This document shows positions 53,101 through 64,000 of a DNA stretch of 64,000 nt, in pieces. Location: the NCBI GenBank assembly GCA_964035545.1, contig OZ037765.1, forward strand, positions 5,280,698 to 5,344,697. The letters are read 5' to 3'. Position numbers and translations under genes: made by a program. Each line of letters starts with the position of its first letter. The first letter of the stretch is position 1. The DNA comes from Bugula neritina (lineage: Eukaryota > Animalia > Bryozoa). The notes below the pieces were generated by a model. The model was given only the letters and a program-made list of their open reading frames with translations, did not search any database and was not told the DNA's origin.

Positions 53101-56100
53101 AATGGACTGAATGTCACAAGGTATAGCGCACTTCACGAGTTCCAGAATCTTCATGCCCAAAGCAAGGAAAAAATCAACGAATTTGTGAAAGGACACTTTC
53201 ATGGGTAAATGTATTTTAACTCCCGCGTATTTAGGCATGTGTGTCGTGGTATTTCTAGTTGAGTTGTGTGCATATGTAGTAGGCTTTACTGCTAAAGGTT
53301 CATCATGAAGGGCACCACACTAAGTAATTAAGTGATTTTTGCTACTCAGCTATAAAAATTCTCAACCTTCAAATGTAATAGTGATAGATTGTTAAAAATA
53401 CTAAACAAATTTAACTACAATTATTGCCAAAGTGATGAAAGTTAATAATTGCCGTCTTGCAATGTTTTATTCCTAGCAAAGTTTCAAAAAGTTGTCTGTC
53501 CAATGTTAATGCTTTGATAGTATGTTATTGATAATTCTGCTTATGGTTCTTGCAGACATTTTGACTTTGATTTGGATAAGACGCTGTATTTCTTCTCAGC
53601 TGGTCGCTACGAGTTTAAGAACAAAGGAGTGGACATGCTGATAGAGTCCCTTGCCAGACTCAACTACTGTATGCAGGTATACTGTCCTCTACTTCACAAT
53701 AAATATCGTGAATTAATACAATACAATTGCATGTTAGTATGGTATAAAATGATGATAGATAGCTGGAGTTTGAGCCTATGATTAATATAACTAGTCAGTT
53801 CTGTCTATTGAATGAGTTTAAATTTAGTCATAAAGTTTGATTTCTTCATTTTTTACAACCTACAACCAAGCTACAAGGGAATCTACCAAACTGAACTTTT
53901 AAGATTGGACAGCTTTTCTACATAGCCTGTATTTTTCGATTATTTATAGTGGATGCAAGTTATAAAAATTCAAAATTATTTGAAAAATTGAAGTTAGCTC
54001 AAAATGGTCGGAGATAAAGTTTGCTCTACTACCATTATTATATAATCACCATACTTTGCTTGGTCACTGAGTAATCATTTGACAATGGAAGGTTTTCCTT
54101 ACAGATAAAATTCTCTGGTTCCTGCATGAAAAATGCTGCAAATATTTCATTTGTGTACCAGTTTGTAATGTTTTGTAGCAATCAAAGACAGAGACCACTG
54201 TAGTTGTCTTTCTTATCTTCCCCTGCAAGACCAACAACTTCAATGTTGAGTCACTGAAGGGTCAGGCTGTGGCTAAACAGATGAAAGACACTGTTGACTT
54301 GGTTCAGAGAAATGTTGGGAAAATTATTCTGGAGAAGATCCTCAGGTATAGGAATTGGATGTGTCTATGGAACTTGTCAAATTTGTTTATTGAAATGCAA
54401 TGAATTACCTGGCACAAGTTAATTTCGCGAATTAGTGCTGGTGCCATCAGACTTTGTATTATGTATATTATCCATAGGTTTTACAACATGGAAATTGCAT
54501 TATGCAACCTTGTGTAGCAAGAACTTTAACTTATAGTTCTAATATTTTATTATCTTTATTGCATGGCATCTCACAATGTTACAGCTTGTCCAGGAAAGCA
54601 CTGCTTGTATAAAATTGTGACAGTGGTATATATATTAATGTTGATGAATGTTGCAAGCATTATGACTAGGTGTGAACATAATAGTTGACTCACTATAACC
54701 AGGAGAGGCAGCATAGAGTTTTAATTAATGGTGAATCAAACACTGACATCACAAGAGTAAATATAAACATGTTTACTTATTAGCAAACACATAGCATATA
54801 TGGTCTTTCTTTATATGATTAAACAGAGGAGAGGTTCCGACCACTGAAAACTTGCTGAGCCGAGAAGATATCATCAAGCTGAAGGGGTGTGTCTACAACT
54901 CGCAGGTGGGTACTCGATGTTTTAATAGCTTAGCTATTGTCTCAACACATAGTAAATATTGTGTGTTATGCCGTAACACATGTATCTCTCTTTGAATGTT
55001 TGTAGAGATTTGCTTTACCTCCAGTATGTACGCATAATGTAGTGGATGATGGCAGAGATGAAATACTGAATGCCATACGTAAAGTTGGCCTCTTCAACAA
55101 CCGACATGACCGTGTTAAGGTATGTTTGATGTGAATTATTAGTATAATATATATTTAGAACTAAATTTCAACTCTTATTAAAAGTTAGATATTGTGGTAT
55201 TATCAGATGCTTTTTAAGTGGTCGTAAGTATTTTAATTTTTGTGCAATAAATTTGATTCAACTAAACTGCAAGAAAATTTATGCACTGACTATAAATGGG
55301 TCATTTTACTTAATTTAGTACACACTGAAATCTCCAGTTTTTAGCTATTTTTCACAATTTAAATGGTAATGAACATGGCTTTTTGCCCAAAACTAGTAAA
55401 GCACTAATAAATACACCGAAATAATTAAGGTTCTTCTTAATTTTGCTTGATTTCCCATGATTTTTCTTATTTATTTAGCTTATTAGGAGTGCTGACTGTT
55501 ACGTAACCAAAAGTAGCTGAATAATTAGGAAAAACATAGGAAATAAAGCAAAATTAAAAAGAACTGTGTTTATTTAAGTTTATTTATTGGTGTTTTACTA
55601 GTTTTGATCAAAAACCTATGTTCATTAGCAGTTAAATGGTGAAAAATAGCTAAAAACTGAAGATATCCAGTGTGTACTAAATTAAGTGAAATGGCCCAAA
55701 TGTGATTATACTGATGTTAACAGATGGTGTTTCACCCGGAATTTCTCTCCTCAACCAACCCGCTACTGGGTATGGACTATGTAGAGTTTGTGAGAGGTTG
55801 TCATTTAGGAGTTTTCACCTCTTACTATGAGCCCTGGGGATATACACCCGGTAAGTAACACTCCCCCCAAGTATTGTGTCTCGAATAACTTCAAGTCTTT
55901 TGGTGCAGCTAAATGTATTGTGTGTGACAATATGTACTAGGCATGATATTGTTACAGTGCATGTACCATGTTTGATGTAATATGCTTTTACACTTCTATC
56001 TTAAATTATGGGGAATGGACATACTGATAAACTGTTATAAGTCTGAGCTGGATATATGAGCTGGTAAAGTTAACAATAGAATGAAATGAGTTGTCTGATC

Positions 56101-57727
56101 TCGTAATGTGTTATGGTAGAAGGAAGTTGATTCGCTGTAACTCTGTGGTTTTCTGTATTTCCTTAATTCATAAACTTGTCTACAAGTGCATACAACTATG
56201 AACTTTTTGCCATTAGATAATAAACTGAACTATGTAAGTTACAGGGTGACCCTCCTCCCCCTCCCTAAGTCTCTAACCCACATTTTTAGTGTCAATAAAA
56301 ATTAAATTCTCATCTTACTCAACAAGGTTATTTACAGCCAACAGTGTGTTGTATATTGGTGCTGATGTGTTGGCTTGCTACTAGATGGTACTATGGTATG
56401 TTTGCATGCATTATGTGTAATTTTCATTAAGCTAAAACATAATGTGATACATGTAATATATTATTACATATTTTATTGTATTATATTCAACAGCTGAATG
56501 TACCGTGATGGGTATACCAAGTATTTCTACTAACTTATCCGGCTTTGGCAGCTTCATGAATGAGCATGTTACTGATCCAGTATCTTATGGCATATTCATT
56601 GTGGACCGGCGAACAAAATCTCCCGAGGATTCTGTCAATCAACTTGCTCAGGTATTTTTCTAACAATGTAATGGGAGTTGTGTGCCTCTGGAGACAGTTA
56701 GAATCTGTTTGAACAGAGGCTCACATGCTATTCCTAGTATGCGTGTGGTTGTTTGGGGTTCACAAGTTTGGAGTTCAGTCCCCCAACTCCAAACTTAAGA
56801 ATCCTAAACTACTACACGCATTCACCCTCAACTCGGAGCTGCTTGTACAACAATTCTTGGTTACTCAAACTGAAATTCTACTGCAAATTGTCTGAAATTC
56901 ACACTCATCTTGCTATTCTAACAATTCTAAGTTGCATCCTGTGGTTTCAGATGATGCACGAGTTTACAAGACTAACCAGACGCCAGCGAATCATCATGAG
57001 GAACAGAACTGAGCGACTGAGTGATCTACTAGACTGGAGGAATCTTGGAGTTGTATGTACTATTGCATCATGTTCTATAGATGATAACTTCACATCAGCA
57101 GTGCTATAAGTTTATCGTAGGTGTTGCTACTAGGCATTCACTCTGTATATATTACTAGCACATCTATAATATTCCTAAGTTATTAGCTTTCACAAGTTAT
57201 TGAGATACATGCATATATTATACTTACAATAATATAGTAAAGCTCTATAAAACTTTTAGCTTTTCAATATTCTTTGAATAATATCCCTAAGTTTTTAATC
57301 ACTTTGAGCTAATCATACTTAACTACGAGTTTCATTTTTCTAGTAAGACTGATCAATGTTCCATATTCTTCCCACAGTACTATAGAAAGGCAAGGCTGGT
57401 AGCAGTAGAGAAGTGCTTCCCTGACGTGGCTATTGCAGCGAGTGGGATGAACAACCTCTCATTCAACTCATCTAAGTACACGGTAAGTCTCATTCTGATA
57501 GCACACGGATCTGTATTACTGTATCTCTTACCATTCAGCCAGAAAAGTAACTAATGTTCTAGCTCTAAATTTAGGAGGAAAAGAAGTTTTCTCGGCCAGC
57601 TAGTTGTGTCAGTTCACCTATGAGCTCTAGACCAGAGAGTCCTCACAGCATTTATGATGAAGATGTCAATGACTCTGATGCTGAAGTTGAAGAATTGGGT
57701 CTGAAGAAATCAATTACTCAGCCATGA
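50125..57727 (+). CDS. GYS: Glycogen [starch] synthase (GT3), ~714 aa, 15 exons
   Basis: Exons 50125-50311, 50554-50738, 51129-51320, 51755-51946, 52678-52822, 53087-53204, 53556-53676, 54179-54345, 54827-54905, 55006-55119, 55724-55850, 56494-56651, 56951-57052, 57378-57482 and 57575-57727 total 2145 nt. Motifs [55 protein letters not shown] and [13 protein letters not shown] are present, with a C-terminal SxxxS cluster ([16 protein letters not shown]). Confidence 0.96.
55298..55697. mobile_element. Palindromic MITE family A
   Basis: Long TIRs begin GGGTCATTTTACTTAATTTAGTACACACTG. TSD AAAT/AAAT. Located in GYS intron 10. Confidence 0.9.
56739..56821 (+). ncRNA. Candidate intronic pri-miRNA-like hairpin
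   Basis: 56739-56775 pairs with 56785-56821 at 34/37 positions, including 3 G-U, with no bulges and a 9-nt loop. There is no expression evidence. Confidence 0.35.
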
Positions 57728-58218
57728 CCTCTACACAGCTACTTATTTGCGTTTTATCATTTTATTCAGTATTGTTGTTTACCTCAGATTTAATATAGAA
57801 TCTTAGAATTGTAGTATTCAGGTTAAAATATATCATCGCTTTACAGGTATAGACTTAGTGTGCATTTTTAAAGCTGTTTAGTAATGTTGCTACATTATTT
57901 TGCATTATATTACTCCTAGTTGAAATGTGTTGCCCTATTATTGCAAGATCTGATAATTTTGTATACTTATATACATTTATAAAAGTTTATATTTTGCCAA
58001 ATGTTTATTTATATCATTCCGATTTTAATAAAAAAACATTATCGATTATGTGGTTGGTGCTTGAAAATACGCTAATAAATTTGAAGTGGTGAATAAAACA
58101 ATTTTGCTTATTTGATGGTGGAATAGCTTTGCTTTAGTTTAACTGCTTCTGTGTTTACAGCCTGAAAAACAAAGATAACTTTGAGACTATTTGGTATTGC
58201 CTGGACACAAACAAATAT

Positions 58219-58637
58219 GGGTAATTTTACTTAATTTAGTACACACTGGAAATCTCCAGTTTTTGGCTATTTGTCACAATTTAACTGCTAATGAGCATGA
58301 GTTTTTGCTCAAAACTAGTAAAATATCAATAAATACACTTAAATAATCAAGGTTCTTTTTAATGTTGCTTGATTTTCAATGCGTTTTCCCAATGATACGC
58401 TATTTTTTAGTTGCGGACGTTACGAAAAAACCGTAACGTCCGCAACTAAAAAATAGTGTATCATTGGGAAAATGCATTGAAAATCAAGCAACATTAAAAA
58501 GAACCTTGATTATTTAAGTGTATTTATTGATATTTTACTAGTTTTAAGCAAAAAACAATTCTAATTAGCAGTTGAATTGTAAAAAATAGCTAAAAACTGG
58601 AGATTTCCAGTGTGTACTAAAGTAAGTAAAATAACCC
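58219..58637. mobile_element. Palindromic MITE family A, near-perfect fold-back
   Basis: About 205-bp arms surround the centre GCGGACGTTACG-AAAAAAC-CGTAACGTCCGC. TSD ATAT/ATAT. Confidence 0.92.
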
Positions 58638-58929
58638 ATATACTAGTGAGCTTACATGTTTAATATAGAGCTTTCATTTTTGTAATACAAAGCAAAAAAA
58701 TACAGATTTAGAATTACAAAAAGAATTAAAGTTAGCTTGCTATAAGGCAAAAAAATTCTAATTTAGATATTTATTTTTCAACCCCATCTGTTTTAACAGT
58801 TGGAGAAGCTAAAACCACCAACTGTGTAGTAAAACTCTGGAACAGCTGACCTAATACTGATAACAGTATATTAATTGTGTCAAACCACTCTGATTTGTGT
58901 AAAGAATAAATTTATTTATTTAAATTGGT

Positions 58930-61900
58930 TTATATTGACTTACTTTTCTCTTTTGTTTTTGCCCAGCAGTGTGACTGGTAGCCAAATTCTGTTGTTGGAT
59001 TTCATCTATAAGCTCATCTGGTGACCTACAGGTACACATACCTTTTAAGTTGTAGTAGCAGTAGTAGTAGTAGCAGCAGCGGTGGTAGTAGTAGTAGCGG
59101 TGGTAGTAGTATTAGTAGTAGTTACAGTTATAGTAGCAGTCATAGTAGCAGCAGTAATAGTAGCAATAGTAGTAGTGGTAGCGGTTGTAGCAGTAGTGGT
59201 GGTAGCAGCAGCAGTAGTAGTAAAAACTGCCCGGTAAAATCGCTTCAAAAGTTTTTATATGTAGATTAATTGTTATAAATATGCTGAACTCACTGGACAC
59301 AGAGCATGCATCTAGTTTTAGCAGTTTTCTGATGTTCGGGAGAATTCTTCAGCAGAAGTTTAGCACACTGTCGAACTGCATCCACAGAATGATGCTACAA
59401 AACCCTCCATTATATATACCCACAGCCTTATCATAAGTGAAGTTGATTTCACGCCACTATTTTACAGTCAAAAGAAAACCCTAAGGTTATCTGCAAGTAC
59501 CACACAATATATTTGTATATATATATCAGTAGTCAGCACGAAGCAGAAAACTAAACACTCACAGTTAGAAGGTGCAGTTCGTACAACACAGTAGAGTTGT
59601 GGGCATTGCAGTACTCTGGCTCATCTATGTCAGGTCTGTACATACCACTGCCTATGCTCTCTGTATCTAGGAGTACGTCTGTGTAGGGGAAAGTCTGCAA
59701 GTATTATGCAACAATTCTCACACTCAGATATTCATTCGCAGTTGATGCAGGTTAACTACCAAATCTAAAGCACACCTTACACATATTTAATTTGGAAAAA
59801 ACCTGTACTCTAGGCTGAAAATGCAGCAAAAGAAGTTATGTTCTCGCGAGAATTTCCTGCTGCGCTCCAAACCACAATTTAAAAAACTTTGACTTTTAAA
59901 ATTTATTCACTACTGCACCCGATTGAATTTGGAACAATAGATAGTAAATAGACACATAGATTTGACTAGTAACTAATATATTTAAAATGATCTTTATTAA
60001 ACGATTTTATCATTTCAAAAGTGAATACAGTTTAATTTGCTAACTTTAATACTAAATTTGATATTTTTAATTTGTAATTAATACTATAAGGTCAGGTAGA
60101 TGTACTTACACTAAACAGATTACGCACAACTGTAAGTACCACCAAAGCAGGTTCCCCTTCCAGATGTATGGATACACTAACCAGCCTTTTAGTATACGCT
60201 AGAACTCTCGCGTTCGTAACCTGGAGTCAGTTAGATAACAAATCATGATTGGCTAACATAATATCTACTTTTAGGTGATCATCTGCAATGATATCTAAAG
60301 AAAGTGGCTAACACAATGGAACAGGATCTAGTAAATCACTCTAGAGGTAATGATGAGCCTTACAAACACTTACAGCAGAATGATAGCATACATACATTGA
60401 AACTGAGGGCACTTTGAGGAAAAATTGTTTAGCTATTTGAGGGAAAAAATTATCAAGCACAACAACACTATATGATATTTAGAAATTCCAATTTCATTTA
60501 CTATTAATGCTTTTTCTTAGTTTGCAATAGAAACAGATGGCACTAACGATTGAAATTTATAAATTTCAAGGCTGTGCAAATTTAATTTAAATTACCAGTT
60601 CCAAATAATGCCATACATTCTATAAAATAAGAATCCATTACATGACAAACACATCTGAAATGATTCTACGAAAAGTTGAAACTTTTCAACGCACAATAGC
60701 GGAAAATTCAACTGGTAAAATGGCTGCGGAAACCACTGCATGCATACTATTTATTGTATATTCAACTATTGCACACTTTGAATAGCAAACTTTGAACTAA
60801 ACTGTATAATAAATTACCTAAACTTACCTTTTTCTTCCTATCAATAAACATAAGTTTGAATATCTCTGGTATATTCTCAATACAAGCTGATCCCTCTGCT
60901 GTAAATATACATAACTCAGGTCAGATGATTGCAGGTTAGAAATAAATACATGTTTGGTTGATTTTTAAATCTCAATTATAATCCTCCACAGTGATGATGA
61001 ATCACAAAGTAGACGTGCAGACGTGTACCTGTAGCCAGCTGGGGCAGCACTTTGTAGAGTTGAGTGTAAAACCTCTGTGGGTCAATGTTCAGGGCCTCTC
61101 CCTGTCCTGAGAGAATGGTGAACGCCGTGCGGGTAATATTCAGAACGTCTGCTATGCTCAGTATCTGTATATATAGAAAACACAGTGTAGAATATAGCAT
61201 TTCATTAGCTTTAACCGGTCTACCAGGAGAAACACTGAGGATACGTGGGTCATTTTAATTAATTCAGTACACACTGGAAATCTCCAGTTTTTAGCTATTT
61301 TTACAATTTAGCTGCTAATGAACATGGGTTTTTGCCCAAAACTAGTAAAATATGAATGAATACACCTAAATAATCAAGGTTCTTCTTAACTTTGCTTGAT
61401 TTCCCATGTCTTTTCCTAATTATTCAGCAACTTTTGATAGCAGAGTGTTATGAAAAAACCATAACTCTCCGAATTCAAAAGTAGGTGAATAATTAGAAGA
61501 AAACATGGGAAATCAAGCAAAATTACGAAGAAACTTGATTATTTAGGTCTGTTTATTGTGAAAAATAGCTAAAATCTGGAAATTTCCAGTGTGTACTAAA
61601 TTAACTAAAATGACCCATATAACATCAAAGCATCATGGAAAGTAAAGATTAGGCCATATAAGAAAGCTCAAATATAAAGGTGGGACTCCTATCTGGGGGA
61701 ATGAAAAAACAATTTCACCATCAATTATATACAACTAACAAGCTTTGACTTGTTTAAATTTGGTAGATGCATTGGTAACTAACAATTCAAACTGAGTATC
61801 TTTTAAGTGCGCTGTATCAAACATAGTCGGAAAGCAAAAAGATGCGATTTAGTGTTTTATTTGTAAAAATTAATAACATGACCCAATAGCAGCTGAACTG

Positions 61901-63629
61901 TGTAGACCAAAAGTTAAAATCAAAATTATGAGTTATTATAGTCATAAATTTATTGTTCAGTATTGGAGGAGCACTATAGTATATGATACCAGATCTAAAG
62001 TGAAAGTGAGAAACACCTCCCCCCCAACACACACATTCCACCCCAATTACAATGGATCAGGAGAAAACCCTGGTAAAATAAGATAACTTACTTCTAGTTG
62101 AAGAATCTCCCCAAAGACTTTAAATAAGTCGTCAAAGAAATCAACATTTATAAGATGAGCAAATCTACAACAGAGTAATCAAATCCATTTCATATCATCA
62201 ATATTAACATCAGCACAATAATATACTCTACAAATTATAGGGGTGATAGCTTTATATTGCAATTGCAAAAAACCAAGCTTATAATTATATAAGGGCATAG
62301 ATGTATGTGTGAAAATACTTCTATTAATATATAAACACCACAGGTTATTGTAAAGTGAAAAACAGCAGCCTCCAAGCGGTGACGAGAGTTGTATGTTTTT
62401 TTGACTATCATGACTCATTACCATACCACCAAATTCAATCAAATTCAAATACGCGAAATAACTTAGAATCATAAATTGAAGTCAATTTTCTGAGGTAAGT
62501 ACGGCATGACTAACAAAATAGCTCTAATTTTCAGCTTTAAACTAAACACAGTTCAACCAACTATAATGAAAAGCATTCTACATGTCATACAGAGTATTTA
62601 TCCAACAGGTGTCTATTGTTCAGGTATATGAGGCATTAAACTTTATTATTTTATATAAATTGAGCAATTTTGCTATACTCTTTTCATTCCTGATAAACTT
62701 GGTGTATTAAATTCATAATAACATGAAGCACTAACTTGGCCAGCCCGGCTAACACAGGAGAGAGTAAAGCTGAGTCCTGAGCTTTTTTCAATATAATAAA
62801 GTAGAGAGTGAATATAGCTGTTATCGTATCAGTTCTCTGAAAGAAGTAAAAAGTGGGTTCGTTACGCACATGTAAACAACATACTGCAAAGTAAAACAAC
62901 TTGACACAACTTCTGCTATAATCCACACAAAACAGCAAACTCACTGCTTGGAGTATTTTACTTCTATTCAGTTCAACGGCAGCTTCTTCCAGCTGCTTAT
63001 TGAGTTCTTTTCTTTTCTTATCCAGCTATAAAACAGATATACAGGTATAGGTATGAATAGGCTGTGCAAGCCTACTACTTAAACCGCATTGAACACCAAT
63101 ACTACTGGCCATAACAACTCACACTGCATCATTGCATATACTAGCTCAACTATTACAGTGATGAAACATACACGCAACTGGAAGTGTATTTTACTTCTAT
63201 AACTTCAGCAGCCAAGTTACGGCCACGTGTGGTTAAATATGAAAAATACTATTCAGTTGGAGTGTTTAGAGTTGAAATAGCAAGCAAGCTGAGTATTTCT
63301 GCAGTTTATAGCCTCTTAAAGAATATTTTTGCTCTATGCATATGTTCAGATCAACCCGATGTTCTTTGAAAGGTGATAATTCAATTACCACCTCTCAGCG
63401 TCATGTAGATATACTTAGTGATTAAACACAACGTGTAAGTAGAATAGCGCTATTTATCACATGTTTGCACCATGTGATATAAGTATATGGGTTACTCGAG
63501 TTTAAACAGACATACTTTTCTTTCTTTCCTCGACCACTGCTTCATCTTTTCTTTGTGAGTCAACTTTTTCTGTTTCTCCTCTTCGGTGTTGATTTCTTTG
63601 ATTCTCAGGGCCAAAAATGTGTTCATCAC
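58930..63629 (-). CDS. NOC3L: Nucleolar complex protein 3 homolog, 3' portion (5' exons outside the window; exact 3' end uncertain)
   Basis: Exons 63629-63516, 63025-62945, 62836-62736, 62164-62092, 61164-61029, 60898-60828, 60220-60110, 59694-59563, 59394-59294 and 59025-~58944. A further small exon near 58850 is possible. Motifs [49 protein letters not shown] and [17 protein letters not shown] are present. Confidence 0.88.
59050..59222. repeat. (TAG/CAG/TGG)n compound trinucleotide repeat in a NOC3L intron
   Basis: AGTAGTAGC runs; gives the poly-Ser/Thr ORFs. Confidence 0.92.
59788..59920. mobile_element. MITE family B, partial or diverged copy
   Basis: Shares GCAAAAGAAGTTATGTTCTCG and the right end CACTACTGCACCC with 34565-34724. 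Confidence 0.6.
61247..61616. mobile_element. Palindromic MITE family A (deletion in the right arm)
   Basis: Same TIRs GGGTCATTTTA..TAAAATGACCC. The flanks ACGT/ATAT form an imperfect TSD. Confidence 0.88.
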
Positions 63630-63631
63630 CT

Positions 63632-63815
63632 GACAAGTAGAGCAAGGTAGTTTGAGAGACAAGTAGAGCAAGGTAGTTTGACAGACAAGTAAAGCAAGGT
63701 AGTTTGAGAGACAAGTAGAGCAAGGTAGTTTGACAGACAAGTAGAGCAAGGTAGTTTGACAGACAAGTAGAGCAAGGTAGTTTGACTGACAAGCATAGCA
63801 AGGTAGTTTGACAGA
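63632..63815. repeat. 26-bp minisatellite, ~7 copies, abutting a NOC3L acceptor
   Basis: Unit GACAAGTAGAGCAAGGTAGTTTGA(C/G)A; ACAAGT recurs at 63633, 63659 and 63685. Confidence 0.95.
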
Positions 63816-64000
63816 CTAATAGATGATGGCTAGTGGATATAAGCTTGATGTGAAGTATGTGTAAATATCACAGCTACTTGAACAAAAATTTAAATAAACT
63901 TCAATATTTAATGCTTTCATTACACAAGCCTTTTAAGGACACAGCAAATGTTTAGTGAATGAAGACTAATATTGAGGAGTAACGTAGAAACCCCGTAAAT

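Noticed and set aside
12638-57727. Stop readthrough or selenocysteine at the TGA stops of the EGF-LamG gene, PPM1D and GYS
   Set aside because: No TGA-CTAG context, only short downstream frames, and no SECIS recognised.
59021-59300. Poly-Ser and poly-Thr ORFs
   Set aside because: Trinucleotide repeat inside a NOC3L intron.
60223-63515. C/D box snoRNAs in NOC3L introns
   Set aside because: No properly spaced sense-strand C and D box pair with a terminal stem found by eye; snoscan or Infernal would be decisive.
63632-63815. CRISPR-like regular repeats
   Set aside because: Head-to-tail units with no unique spacers, eukaryotic context and no cas genes.

Overview
AT-rich, intron-rich animal (invertebrate) genomic DNA; it is not prokaryotic, and I cannot fix the taxon. 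I reconstructed seven spliced protein-coding genes by hand from splice sites and reading phase. In order: (1) a small 4-exon SRPBCC/polyketide-cyclase-like gene (+, possibly 5'-incomplete, not visible as a unit in the ORF track); (2) a secreted (EGF-LamG)x3 pikachurin/SP2353-like gene (+) with two GC-AG introns; (3) GNPAT (-) ending in the PTS1 signal AKL, with a 5'-truncated LINE in its putative 5'UTR intron; (4) PPM1D/Wip1 (+), head-to-head with GNPAT; (5) a single-domain ACE (-) with a GPI-signal-like C-terminus; (6) glycogen synthase (+); (7) the 3' part of NOC3L (-). Introns and intergenic DNA hold four copies of a ~400-bp palindromic MITE (GGG..CCC ends, 4-bp TSD), two other small TIR element families and several micro/minisatellites. 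The best leads are a 37-bp pri-miRNA-like hairpin in a glycogen synthase intron, the hidden SRPBCC gene, a triplet/hexamer-periodic ANT-rich tract near the 5' ends of three housekeeping genes, let-7 seed sites in the PPM1D 3'UTR, and a minisatellite-made in-frame alternative acceptor in NOC3L. All homology calls rest on recalled motifs; no database search was run.
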